Below, in pieces: positions 16,182 to 25,535 of a stretch of 64,000 nucleotides of DNA. Position 1 is the stretch's first letter, and every line of letters begins with the position of its first letter. The translations under genes and the position numbers were made by a program. Origin of the DNA: Vicinamibacterales bacterium (lineage in GTDB: Bacteria > Acidobacteriota > Vicinamibacteria > Vicinamibacterales > UBA2999); NCBI GenBank assembly GCA_050246635.1, contig JBFWVR010000005.1, forward strand, positions 370,844 to 434,843, given 5' to 3'. A model generated the notes under the pieces. It had not been told where the DNA came from. It did no database searches and worked only from the letters and a program-made list of their open reading frames with translations.

Positions 16182-18680
16182 TTATCCAATCAGCGACGCC
16201 GCGGCGCCGCCCGCGGCGGCCACGGGCAACGTCACGCCGTCCACGGCCACGCGCACGTCCGCGAGGGCCCCCTGCAGCACCACCGCGGGCCGCGTCGCGC
16301 CGTGGGGCGACCGCACCGCAAGGTGCAGGTGTCCGGCGGCCCGCGGGGACGTCACCTGCACGCGGCCGCGTCCGCCCGCGAGCGCGGTCGTGCCCTCCAC
16401 CATGGCCAGTTCGTCGAGCCCCCCGTCCCGGCGCTCGCGGGCGAACAGTAGCCGGGCGTCGCATTCGATCCCGCGGATCCGCCACCGGGTCGGCTCCGTG
16501 TCCCGCGCGGGCTCCGCGAACACGACGTGATCCGTCGACCGGGCCCGCACGACCCGCACGCCCGCGGAGGGCGACAGCGCGCCGGCCTCGGCGATCACCG
16601 GCACGGACTCGACGTGGCGGACCGCGTTCGCGGCGTCGAGGCCGAAGACGCTGATCACCCAGAGCGGGCACGAGCCCGAGGCCGTGAGGCGGAGCGTCGT
16701 CGCCGGCTCGAGCCGCCCATAGACCGGGGCATGCCACCCGAGGCCCGTGGTCACGTCGCCGCGCCAGCTCGCCAGCGTCCCCGAGGGCGCGGTGAGGCTC
16801 ACCAGGTCGCGCCCGCGGCGAAGTTCGGCGCCGCCGAGTTCCGCTGCGACCGTCCAGTCCGGGTGCACGTGCCAGTGCACGGCGGCGTCGTGCGTCTCGT
16901 GGTCACCGGTCACCAGGTCCGCGACGACGAGCAGGTCGTCGTGCAGGGCGAAGATGCGGCGGCGGTGGACGAGCGGCGCGTAGCCGTCCTCGGTGGCGTC
17001 GAGGTAGTCGAAGCGGCCGTTCACCAGCCAGTTCCGCACGCGGCCATCCGCGACGTGCTGCCAGTGGAACGGCCCACGCGGCACGGACTGCGAGCGGCCG
17101 TCGAGCGTCAACGTGTTGTGGAAGGCGCTCGAGCGGAAACGATCCCGGGTGCGCCCGTCAATCGTGTAGCAGGCCGTGCCGGGATCGATCAGCAGCGGGT
17201 GTCCGTGGCGGCCGAACGTGAGGGACAGCGCGTCGGCGTGCGCATGGCCGCCGTTCAGGTACCCATGCGGTCCGGCGTCCACCACGAGGTGGTCGGCGCC
17301 CGATCGGGAGATCCAGTAGCCGGTGTCGGGCAGGCCGCCCGACAGCGGCGGCGCCTGTGGCCCCTGCCGTTCGAGCCGGTCCAGGGCGCCCGCGAACCGG
17401 CGGTGGCCGAGCAGCCACCAGACCTCCTCGGGAGGTGGACCGATGGCCAGGGCGTCCCGCCCCGTGAGGATGGCCGCCATCGCCAGGCTGTCCGCCGCAT
17501 CGTCCGGCTCGCGGCCCGTCAGCGGCAACAGCATGCCGCCGTCGTCGTCGCCGAGGTGGGGCAGCACGCCGTGGCCGTCGGCCAGCAGCCGTGCCGCGCC
17601 GCCAAGCCGCCCCACGACCTCGCGCAGCTGACCGGCCGCGGGGTCGTTGGTGATGTCGGCGACCGCCAGCGCGAGGACGTAGAAGTCGAGCGCGTAGCGG
17701 TGATAGTGCGCCGACCGTTCCGCGTGGCCGCCGTCGGGCAGCACCTGCCGCGTGGCCTCCTGCATCAGGATACGGCGGCCGAGGGCCTCCCGCCGCGGGC
17801 TGGCCGCCAGCTCCGGCAACGTCCGGCCCGTGACGTACAACGCGAGGCCTTCGCCCAGCAGGTGCGTGTTGGGGCTGAAGTAGTGGGAGAGGTGCCGCTC
17901 GACGTGGCCGAGCTGCATGTCGAGGCCGAGGAGGAGGTCGACGAGCCAGGGCGCCTCGTCCTCCGTGTCGCGGTCCACGAAGAGGTGCAGGGCCCAGAGC
18001 CAGGAGAGGCACCGGAAGGCGAGCTCGAGCGCGCTCGCCCAGTTGATGCCGTCTCGTGGCGGGTTGTCCTCGAGCCAGGTGCCAAGCTGTGTGAGCACTG
18101 CGTCGCGGCACCGGCGGTCACCGGTCAGCCAGTAGGCCCGGCCGAGGGCGAGCCAGTGCTGGTGCCGGTTGAGCTCCCAGATGATCTTGTGATCGCCGCA
18201 GCCCGGATCGAGGAAGGGAACCCGCGACCAGAACACCCGCGGCGGACGGCGCCGGTGGACCGGATCGAACTGCCAGTCGCGGCCATCGAACGGCACGTCA
18301 CGGTACCCGAGCACGTCGTACCGGCCGGCGAGCAGCCGCTCCGCGCGGCGCGCGGCGCCCGCCGCCGCCGCGGGAAAGCGGGCGCGGATGCGCGGGGCCA
18401 GCGACCGTCGCCGGTGCGGGGCGATGACGAACCGGCCGGGCCGGTCGTGGAAGTAACGCGCCAGCGCGGCCTGCGCCGTGGACCAGTCCTCGCGGCCCAC
18501 CGCGCGGCGGGCGTCGGCCAGCAGCGGATCGGGCGCGAGGGCGGCCGCCAGCGACCGCCTGTGCCACCGCGGTGCCCGCAGCCGTGCTGCCGCGCGCCAG
18601 CGCAGGTTGTCGGCGGCGGCGCGTGCGCGCCAGGCAACTTCCGGTGCGGTCATCGCGCCAAGGCGCCGCAGGTTAACCAT
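16182..18680 (-). CDS. heparinase II/III-like family protein (no signal peptide)
   Basis: 832 aa. The central block DHKIIWELNRHQHWLALGRAYWLTGD and the following alpha/alpha-toroid-like region plus beta-rich C-terminus are typical of heparinase II/III-like proteins. The N-terminus is hydrophilic. Confidence 0.7.
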   Translation of the reverse strand: MVNLRRLGAMTAPEVAWRARAAADNLRWRAAARLRAPRWHRRSLAAALAPDPLLADARRAVGREDWSTAQAALARYFHDRPGRFVIAPHRRRSLAPRIRARFPAAAAGAARRAERLLAGRYDVLGYRDVPFDGRDWQFDPVHRRRPPRVFWSRVPFLDPGCGDHKIIWELNRHQHWLALGRAYWLTGDRRCRDAVLTQLGTWLEDNPPRDGINWASALELAFRCLSWLWALHLFVDRDTEDEAPWLVDLLLGLDMQLGHVERHLSHYFSPNTHLLGEGLALYVTGRTLPELAASPRREALGRRILMQEATRQVLPDGGHAERSAHYHRYALDFYVLALAVADITNDPAAGQLREVVGRLGGAARLLADGHGVLPHLGDDDGGMLLPLTGREPDDAADSLAMAAILTGRDALAIGPPPEEVWWLLGHRRFAGALDRLERQGPQAPPLSGGLPDTGYWISRSGADHLVVDAGPHGYLNGGHAHADALSLTFGRHGHPLLIDPGTACYTIDGRTRDRFRSSAFHNTLTLDGRSQSVPRGPFHWQHVADGRVRNWLVNGRFDYLDATEDGYAPLVHRRRIFALHDDLLVVADLVTGDHETHDAAVHWHVHPDWTVAAELGGAELRRGRDLVSLTAPSGTLASWRGDVTTGLGWHAPVYGRLEPATTLRLTASGSCPLWVISVFGLDAANAVRHVESVPVIAEAGALSPSAGVRVVRARSTDHVVFAEPARDTEPTRWRIRGIECDARLLFARERRDGGLDELAMVEGTTALAGGRGRVQVTSPRAAGHLHLAVRSPHGATRPAVVLQGALADVRVAVDGVTLPVAAAGGAAASLIG

Positions 18681-19788
18681 GGTCGTGGCTCGGGTTCACG
18701 GTGGCGTGCGCGGCCGTCGACGGCAACACGCTGCGATAGAGGCGCAGCCACTGGTCACGCAGCACGGGCCAGGTACGCGCGGCGCAGGTGGCGTGCGCCT
18801 GCCGGGCCAGCCGCTCCCCGAACGCCGGCTCCTCGAGCAACGTCAGGACGTGCGCGGCGAGACCGTCGTGATCGTCCGCGGGGGCCAGCAGCCCGTGCTC
18901 GCCTGGCGTAAGGATGGCGCGGATGCCGCCCACGTCGGTCGACACCACGGGCAGCCCGCTCGCGAACGCCTCGAGCAGCGAGGCCGGCATGTTGTCGATG
19001 TCGGGGCTCTGCAGGTAGATGTCGTGGTCCGCGTAGTACTCGTGGATGCGCCCGGGCGCCACGCGCCCCGCGAACGTGACGCCGTGCAGGTCCAGCTCAC
19101 CCGCCAACGCGCGGATCCGCGGTTCCTCCGAGCCACTGCCGACGAGCGTCAGCGTCGCGCCGGGCCACCGGTCCTGGATGCGGCGGAACGCCCGCAGCGT
19201 GCACGCGACGTTGTAGAGGGGCTCGAGATTGCGCGTGCACAGCAGGCGCGGCCTGAGCGGGGTGCGGGCCCGGAACCGGAAGCGCTCCGTGTCCACGACG
19301 TTCGGGATGACGGAGGCGTCGATGCCGTGCCGGGCGAAGACATCCACCAGGAAGCGCGACGGCACCACGTTGTGATCCACCCGTCGCAGCACCGTGCGGG
19401 CCACGGCCGAACGCGCGAGGTGGTCCGGCGCCTCGCCGCTCCGGTAGTTGAGGATCACCGGCCGCCCGAGCAGCCGCGCCACCGCCACCGCCGGCAGGGG
19501 CGCGAGGAGGAACGACGTGTAGCTGGCGGAGAACACGTGCGCGATGTCCACACGGCTGAGCTCGCGCAGCAGCAACGGGCCGTAGGTCGCCTCGGTGGCG
19601 AGGGTGCGCGCGTACTTCACGCGGCACGCATGGCGCAACGGGCCAGGCGGCACGGGGTTGACCGGCACGAGCCGGCAATCGACTTCAGGATCGTCACGCC
19701 AGGCCGCGATCAGGCGATCGGCCTGTACGGCCTGTCCCCCGAGAATGTCGAGCGACGGCGCGACGAGGGCCACACGGAGTTTGCGCAT
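18673..19788 (-). CDS. GT4 (group 1) glycosyltransferase
   Basis: The start is ATG 19788 (MRKLRVALVAPSLDILGGQ), with GGAGG directly upstream. The C-terminal motif is DNMPASLLEAFASGLPVVSTDVGG. The stop overlaps the heparinase-like start by 8 nt. Confidence 0.8.
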   Translation of the reverse strand: MRKLRVALVAPSLDILGGQAVQADRLIAAWRDDPEVDCRLVPVNPVPPGPLRHACRVKYARTLATEATYGPLLLRELSRVDIAHVFSASYTSFLLAPLPAVAVARLLGRPVILNYRSGEAPDHLARSAVARTVLRRVDHNVVPSRFLVDVFARHGIDASVIPNVVDTERFRFRARTPLRPRLLCTRNLEPLYNVACTLRAFRRIQDRWPGATLTLVGSGSEEPRIRALAGELDLHGVTFAGRVAPGRIHEYYADHDIYLQSPDIDNMPASLLEAFASGLPVVSTDVGGIRAILTPGEHGLLAPADDHDGLAAHVLTLLEEPAFGERLARQAHATCAARTWPVLRDQWLRLYRSVLPSTAAHATVNPSHDHG

Positions 19789-19842
19789 GCCTCCACCGGG
19801 TACGGACCGGCGGACCATCCGCACCGGGCCGTCCCGGAGAAG

Positions 19843-19858
19843 TGCAAGGCGTACGCCC
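19843..19858 (-). promoter_or_regulatory. weak sigma54-type promoter match upstream of the GT4 gene
   Basis: The minus strand reads GGGCGTACGCCTTGCA. GG/GC spacing is correct and TTGCA is perfect, but the -24 box is poor. The predicted TSS is ~44 nt before ATG 19788. Confidence 0.3.
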
Positions 19859-19970
19859 GCGCCGTAGCAGGCTATTCAGGGGGATCAGGGTGACTTTGGT
19901 GGAACTAGTGGGCAGGACGTTGCCCTGTTGCGCCCCGTGGGTGAACGGCGGGTGCCGCCGGACACGCCCC

Positions 19971-19999
19971 GGGACGACGCCGGCGTGCGGCGTCGCCCC
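19971..19999 (-). terminator. GC-rich hairpin 10 nt downstream of the beta-helix paralog 1 stop
   Basis: The arm gggacgacgcc (19971-19981) pairs with ggcgtcgcccc (19989-19999) at 10 of 11 positions around a 7-nt loop. There is no U-tract. Confidence 0.35.
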
Positions 20000-20008
20000 G
20001 GAAGCGGG

Positions 20009-22168
20009 TCACGGGGTGAGTGTCACGGCAATCTCGTTCGAGGGTGCGCTCGTCCGCGCGCCGTACGCCGCGAGGACACGTACGTAATATGTGCCCGGTG
20101 CGCCCGCCGACTCGACCGTGGGCAGCGGACCGATCGGTCCGAAGTACACGTCCTGCGCGCCGGGCGCGGTGCCGACCGACAGGATGTACTGCTGAGGTTG
20201 GCAGCCTCCCGGCGGCGCCTCCCAGTCGAGACGGACCCGCAGCCCGGCCGTCGAGGCCCGCAGGCCGATCGGCGGATCGACCGCACTGCAGGCGGCGGGA
20301 CCGCTGCCGACGAGCAGCGCCACCTCGTCCGATCGGGCGCTGATGCCGGCGGCATTCACCGCCCGCACGCTGATGAAGTAGCGTCCGGGGGCGACGCCGT
20401 CGCGCACCACGGCCGTGCCGGGAGAGCCGGTGTCGAAGATGCCCGAGTCCGTGAGGCCGGGGGCCGTGCCGGCCTCGATCACGTAGCTCGAGGGCGGGCC
20501 GCCGGTCCCACCCGCGGCCCAGGCGAGCGAGACGCGGGCGCCATCGGTGGTGGCGCTCAGGATACGCGGCGGCGCGGGAGGCGCGACCGGGTTCGGCGCA
20601 GGGCCCGGGCCGGCGGGCGCGCCGAGCTGGCTCACGTCACAGCCGATGTCGAGGCCGTCGAGGGCGCGGCCGCGGAAGGCGCTCCTCGCCGACAGGCGGA
20701 AGTCGCCGCCGCCGAAGTCGACGAACCCGACCGCCTGCAGGTCTGCCGGGAAGAAGTTGCCCGCCGGGTACAGCGCGGGCGCCCCGCCCGCCAGCACGTT
20801 GCCCGTGACGACCGCGCCGGGGAAGTAGCGGCCGATCGTGCCCAGGCCCTCCGCGGTGCCCGATCCCTTGAAGCCCCAGCTGTGCGCCTGCACGATGTTG
20901 TTGGTGAAGACGAAGCCCCGCGAGGCCTCGCCGTCGGCGAACACGGTACCGGAGCCGTCGCTGTCGACCGTGTTGTGGTCGATCGTCACGTCGATGCCGC
21001 CGTTGATCAGGAGGAAACGGCCGTTGCCGCCGTAGCGTGCGGCGCTGATGCCGGTGAAGAGGTTGTGCCGGAAGGTCAGCCCCCGGGCCTCGATTGCCGG
21101 ATAGTGCGTGTCACGGCCCAGGATGTTGATCGCGGACGACACGTGCCGCACGACGTTGTGCTCGAACCGCACGTCCTGCACCGTGCTCCACGGCGCCCGG
21201 CCGTCCTGGTTGACCGACTTGAGGAGCAGCGCGTACCCGGACTGTGCCGCGGGCCAGTTGTGCTCGAAGACGTTGCCGCGCACGGTCACGCGCTGCGCGT
21301 TCTTGAGCTCGAACAGGTTCTTCACCACCCAGGGGCCGCCCCGCCAGGCCTCGGCCTTCACCACGTGGTTGCCCACCATCGTGATGTCGGCCGGCACGAG
21401 GCCCTGGATGGCGGGGTCCGCGCCGCCGAACATGACGTTCTCCCCGGCGGCTTCCAGGTAGTTGTTGGCGATCAGGTAAGGGCCGGGCCCGTTCCAGCCG
21501 CAGATGGCCTGCGAGTCCTGGCCCCGCGCCTTGATCTCGCCGATGTGCGAGTTGAGGATGCTCGTGGCGGCGCTGTTGAGCGCGATGCCGCGCTTCTGGC
21601 CGTCGCCGGGATCCCCGTGGATGTAGACGCGGTCCATGACGAGGTCGTGCGGCACCTGGTCGAGGCGGTACTGGCGGCTCGAGCCGTCCCCGAGGGCCAC
21701 GATCGTCCCGGCGCCCCCGGCGTTGGCCTGGAACTCGACGAACTGGATCACGTAATGGTGGGCGCCGTCCTCGGTCGCGAGTGCGGGCTGTGTGTTGGGC
21801 GAGCGCAGGATCGGGAAGTGCACGGCGTCGGCCGGCGTCACCCGCGTGGAGGTGCCGGGGAGCACCGCGTCGGGGGCCGCCGACCGGATCGTGATCGTGC
21901 CGGGCTCCGCCTTGGCCCGCAGGACGAAGTTGCCGACGTAGGTCGCGCCGGGCGCCAGCAGGATGGTGTCGCCCCCGCGCGCCTGGTCGATGGCGGCCTG
22001 CAGGTCGCCGCCGGGGCCCACGGAGAGGGCCGCGCCGGCCGCGGCGGCCCCCGAAGGGGCCGCCACGATCGATGCGGCGAGCAGGACGATGCCGGTGAGC
22101 CTTGCCAACACCGGGATCACCACGGCCACAGCGCGCCCAGCGCCGCGCGGAGGGCGCCGATGTCGCAC
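20009..22168 (-). CDS. secreted right-handed beta-helix enzyme, paralog 1 (core + 2x Fn3)
   Basis: 719 aa. The N-terminus looks like a signal peptide (IVLLAASIVAAPSGAAAAG). The core is shared with the two upstream genes (DSQAICGWNGPGPYLIANNYLEAAGENVMFGG). The C-terminus has two Fn3-like repeats. The track start at 22168 is a GTG; GTG 22120, overlapping the upstream TGA (GTGA), is an equally good start. Confidence 0.75.
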   Translation of the reverse strand: MRHRRPPRGAGRAVAVVIPVLARLTGIVLLAASIVAAPSGAAAAGAALSVGPGGDLQAAIDQARGGDTILLAPGATYVGNFVLRAKAEPGTITIRSAAPDAVLPGTSTRVTPADAVHFPILRSPNTQPALATEDGAHHYVIQFVEFQANAGGAGTIVALGDGSSRQYRLDQVPHDLVMDRVYIHGDPGDGQKRGIALNSAATSILNSHIGEIKARGQDSQAICGWNGPGPYLIANNYLEAAGENVMFGGADPAIQGLVPADITMVGNHVVKAEAWRGGPWVVKNLFELKNAQRVTVRGNVFEHNWPAAQSGYALLLKSVNQDGRAPWSTVQDVRFEHNVVRHVSSAINILGRDTHYPAIEARGLTFRHNLFTGISAARYGGNGRFLLINGGIDVTIDHNTVDSDGSGTVFADGEASRGFVFTNNIVQAHSWGFKGSGTAEGLGTIGRYFPGAVVTGNVLAGGAPALYPAGNFFPADLQAVGFVDFGGGDFRLSARSAFRGRALDGLDIGCDVSQLGAPAGPGPAPNPVAPPAPPRILSATTDGARVSLAWAAGGTGGPPSSYVIEAGTAPGLTDSGIFDTGSPGTAVVRDGVAPGRYFISVRAVNAAGISARSDEVALLVGSGPAACSAVDPPIGLRASTAGLRVRLDWEAPPGGCQPQQYILSVGTAPGAQDVYFGPIGPLPTVESAGAPGTYYVRVLAAYGARTSAPSNEIAVTLTP

Positions 22169-25100
22169 CCGGGATTGCCGCCATCGTCGGCCGCGCCCGC
22201 ATACAGGCTCGCCGGGGCGAGGCCGTAGTCACCCGAGGCGGGCGCGACGAACCCGACGGCGTCCAGTGACGCGGGGAAGTCGTTGCCCGTGGGATAGGCG
22301 GAGGCGCGGGCCCCGGCGAACAGGTTCCCCACGACCAGGCCGTTGGGGAAGTAGGCCGTGATCGTGCCGGTGCCGACCGCCGTGCCGGAGCCCTTGATGC
22401 CGTAGGCGTTGTCGGGCATGACGTTGTTCGTCAGCGTGAAGCCCGTGACCGGGTTCGCGTCGGCGAAGATCGTCGTCGAGCCGTCGTTCAGCACGGTGTT
22501 GTGGTCCACCGTGATGTCGCGCCCGCCGTTGATCAGGAGGAAGCGCCCCACGCCCCCGTAGCGGGCGCCGCTGACGTCCTCGAACAGGTTGTTACGCACG
22601 ATGATGTTGCTCGCTTCGATGGCGGGATACGCGGGATCCCGTCCGAGGATGTTGATCGCCGAGGAGACGTGGCGCACGACGTTGTTGGTGAACGTGACGT
22701 CGCGCACGACGCTCCAGGGCGCAGTGCCTCCCTGGTTCACGGACTTCAGCAGCACCGCATACCCGGCCTGGGCCGCCTGCCAGTGGTTCTCCAGGAGATT
22801 GCCGTCGACGACGACCCGCTGGGCGCTCTTCAGTTCGAAGAGGTTCTTGACCGACCAGGCCTCCGACCGCCACGCGAGTGGCTTCGCCAGGTGGTTTCGA
22901 GTGAACGTGATGTCGGACGGGACCAGCTGGGGGATAGCTGGATCCGCTCCGCCGAACATGACGTTCTCGCCCGCGGCTTCGAGGTAGTTGTTCGAAATCA
23001 GGTAGGGGCCCGGGCCGTTCCAGCCGCCGATGGCCTGAGAGTCCTGGCCCACCGCCTTGATTTCGGAGACGTGGGAGTTTAGCACGGTGGTCGACGCGCT
23101 GTTCAGGCCGATCCCGCGCTTCTGCCCGGTCACCGGATCGCCGTGGATGTAGACCCGGTCCACCACGAGATCGTGCGGCACCACGTCCAGGGTGTCCTGG
23201 TCGGCGCCGCCGCTGCCGAGGGCGAGAATCGTGCCCGCCCCGGCCGCATTGGCCTGGAGTTCGAGGAACAGCAGCCGGTAGTGATGGGCGCGCGGTGCCG
23301 TCGCCAGGGCCGGCGAGGAGTTCGGGGACCGCAGCTTGGCGAGCAGCGGTACCGCCGCGGGCGTGATGCGCGTCCCCGCCCCCGGCAACAGCGCGTCCGG
23401 TGCCGCGGAGCGGATGGTGACGTAGGCCTCGCCGGCCTTCACCGGCAGCACGAAGTTGCCGACGAACGTGGCGCCGGCCTCGAGCAGGAGCGTGTCGCCC
23501 GGCGCGGCCGCGTCGATCGCGGCCTGCAGGTCGGCCCCGGCCGGCACGTAGGCGGTTGCGGGCGCCGGCGCGCCCTGCACGGGCGGGTCGGCTTCCGGCA
23601 GCTGCGCCTCCGGTGCCACGGGCGGCGGCTCCACCGCCGCCGGCGCCGGCGCGGAGAAGCGCATGGCGCCGATGTTGAACCCACCCACGTCCACGGCGAC
23701 GCGGACGATCTGCACGCCCTCGGACAGCGTCACCGGCACGGTGATCGTCGTCCACGCGAACCAGTCGCCGGTCTGGGGCACGGCGGTGACGGCCGAGGCC
23801 ACGCCGTTGGCCTCGAGGTGCAGGCGCCCGTCGGCGACTGGCGAGGCCACCGCGAACTCCACGACATATTCGCCGGCCGTGGCCGCGTCCACCGAGTACT
23901 CCAGCCACTCGCCATCGGCGATCCAGCCGATGTCGAGCCCGTAGGGACGGCTGTTCTGGATGTCCACGCGCGTCTGGCGGAACTGGCCGCCGCTGTTGCC
24001 CGCCGTGGTGTCGTGATAGGACACGCCCTCCGGTCCCAGGTCGAAGGCCTCGGGCCGCACGTCACCAGGGACCGGGGCCGCGACGCCGCCGTACGGCGTC
24101 GGGACATGACGGGTGATCCGGAGCGCCGAGAGGTTCCCGACCTCCCGATCCCCGAACCGGTCGAACACCACCCGCAGGGTCTGGCGGCCGGCCTCCAGGT
24201 GGACCTGCCGGTAGACGGACGTCCAGTTCTGCCACCCCCCCGTGTCGGGAATCGTCAGCAGGCCGGTGAGGTTCACGCCGTCCGCGTCGACGTGGAAGTC
24301 GCCGCCGCGTCCCGGTGAGGACACGATGGCCTCGAGGTCGTACCAGCCGGTCGCTGCCACGTCGACCGTGTAGGCCAGCCACTCGCCCGGGCGAATCCAG
24401 CCGACGTCGAGCGTGCCGTCGCTCGCGGGCTCGAGGTCGACCCCGGTGTCACGGCCCGTCGCGCCCTCGTTCGCCGGCGTCGCGTCGTAGTAGGCGACGC
24501 CGTTCGGGCCCTCGTCGAAGTCCTCGGCTTCGATCAGCCCTGGCACCGGCCACGGCGTGCCCCCGCTGGGCGTCGACAGGATCCGCGGCGGGTGCGCGAC
24601 GGGCGTCTGGTCGCCGGACGCCGCGCCGGGGGCGGTGGTGAGGAACGCCCCGGGACTGAGGACGATCTCGTCCACCTGCACGCCGTCCTCGCGGGTCTGC
24701 AGCCGCAGCGTCTGCGGTCCGCTGGTCGCGAAGCGGATCGTGGATGGCTGCGAGAGCCAGTATGCGCCGTCCTTCCAGCCCCACCCGCTGCCACAGCCCG
24801 TGCACGAGAGCAGGTTCACGAGCAGCGCGTCGGTCGTGCCGATGCGATAGAGCGGTGCGCCCGTCCCGTCGATGGCGTCGGAGAACTGCAGGAAGACGGA
24901 ATCGTTATATTTCGAATCGCCATCGGCGCGCAGGCGGACCCACACGCGATACGGCGTGTCGGCAGCGGCGGCAAACGTGTATTCGACATAGTTGGCCGGG
25001 CTGCCGACAGCGCCAGCCGTGTTCGCCCAGCCCTCGTCGGGCGTCGCGAGCCGCACGCCGTCGGCCGTGTCGCTGTCGGCGACACGCGTCCAGTGGCCGT

Positions 25101-25221
25101 GCAGGTGGGAGGCATCGACCGCGGACAACACGATTTCCGCGGGCGCTGCGTGCAAGCGCGGGATGACGAGCGCCAGAAGGGCACACGTCGTCCCTGCGCG
25201 CAGGAGGGTGTTCTTGCGCAT
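22117..25221 (-). CDS. secreted beta-helix enzyme, paralog 2 (unassigned module + 2x CBM6-like + core)
   Basis: The start is ATG 25221 (MRKNTLLRAGTTCALLALVIPRLHA, a signal peptide). Residues ~28-208 are the shared module. Two CBM6/35-like domains follow (IEAEDFDEG...GWQNW; PEAFDLGPEG...TGDWFAW), then the beta-helix core. Confidence 0.8.
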   Translation of the reverse strand: MRKNTLLRAGTTCALLALVIPRLHAAPAEIVLSAVDASHLHGHWTRVADSDTADGVRLATPDEGWANTAGAVGSPANYVEYTFAAAADTPYRVWVRLRADGDSKYNDSVFLQFSDAIDGTGAPLYRIGTTDALLVNLLSCTGCGSGWGWKDGAYWLSQPSTIRFATSGPQTLRLQTREDGVQVDEIVLSPGAFLTTAPGAASGDQTPVAHPPRILSTPSGGTPWPVPGLIEAEDFDEGPNGVAYYDATPANEGATGRDTGVDLEPASDGTLDVGWIRPGEWLAYTVDVAATGWYDLEAIVSSPGRGGDFHVDADGVNLTGLLTIPDTGGWQNWTSVYRQVHLEAGRQTLRVVFDRFGDREVGNLSALRITRHVPTPYGGVAAPVPGDVRPEAFDLGPEGVSYHDTTAGNSGGQFRQTRVDIQNSRPYGLDIGWIADGEWLEYSVDAATAGEYVVEFAVASPVADGRLHLEANGVASAVTAVPQTGDWFAWTTITVPVTLSEGVQIVRVAVDVGGFNIGAMRFSAPAPAAVEPPPVAPEAQLPEADPPVQGAPAPATAYVPAGADLQAAIDAAAPGDTLLLEAGATFVGNFVLPVKAGEAYVTIRSAAPDALLPGAGTRITPAAVPLLAKLRSPNSSPALATAPRAHHYRLLFLELQANAAGAGTILALGSGGADQDTLDVVPHDLVVDRVYIHGDPVTGQKRGIGLNSASTTVLNSHVSEIKAVGQDSQAIGGWNGPGPYLISNNYLEAAGENVMFGGADPAIPQLVPSDITFTRNHLAKPLAWRSEAWSVKNLFELKSAQRVVVDGNLLENHWQAAQAGYAVLLKSVNQGGTAPWSVVRDVTFTNNVVRHVSSAINILGRDPAYPAIEASNIIVRNNLFEDVSGARYGGVGRFLLINGGRDITVDHNTVLNDGSTTIFADANPVTGFTLTNNVMPDNAYGIKGSGTAVGTGTITAYFPNGLVVGNLFAGARASAYPTGNDFPASLDAVGFVAPASGDYGLAPASLYAGAADDGGNPGCDIGALRAALGALWPW

Positions 25222-25290
25222 CGGTCGGCTCCAGTTGCTGTTCCGGATTAGGGGACGAGGGGGGGAACCTCGACGCTGATCAACGGATCG

Positions 25291-25305
25291 GCAAGTGGAG
25301 TGCCA
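25291..25305 (-). promoter_or_regulatory. sigma54 (-24/-12) promoter upstream of beta-helix paralog 2
   Basis: The minus strand reads TGGCACTCCACTTGC. The predicted TSS is ~25279, 58 nt before ATG 25221. Confidence 0.55.
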
Positions 25306-25535
25306 GCTTGAACGGGAATCGCGCGGCACCGGCCGCCGGGCACCGTGCGCAACAGACTTGTGATCGTGGCGCCAGGATTGTCAGCGCCGATCGACGCCTG
25401 GTGGATCAGGACGGCGCAGGAGAGGACGAGCGGCACGACGCCGGCGCGGCGCGGAGGGATCACGCCGCCACGGGACGTCGGGCGGCGCAGGCACGGGTGC
25501 CGTGCGCAATGGGCCGCGGCGCCGTGCGAATGCGC

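Noticed and set aside
16166-16189. An upstream start (16189) for amidotransferase 2.
   Set aside because: Ntn-type glutamine amidotransferases need Cys as the first residue after Met removal. Only ATG 16165 (MCGIAG) satisfies this. The longer form would also overlap the heparinase-like gene.
21108-21461. Three mutually similar plus-strand ORFs at 21108-21461, 22589-22987 and 26020-26418, all ending ...PPNMTFSPAASR.
   Set aside because: They are antisense to the most conserved part of the three beta-helix paralogs (the GENVMFGG region). Their similarity is a by-product of sense-strand conservation and is not evidence of an antisense gene family.
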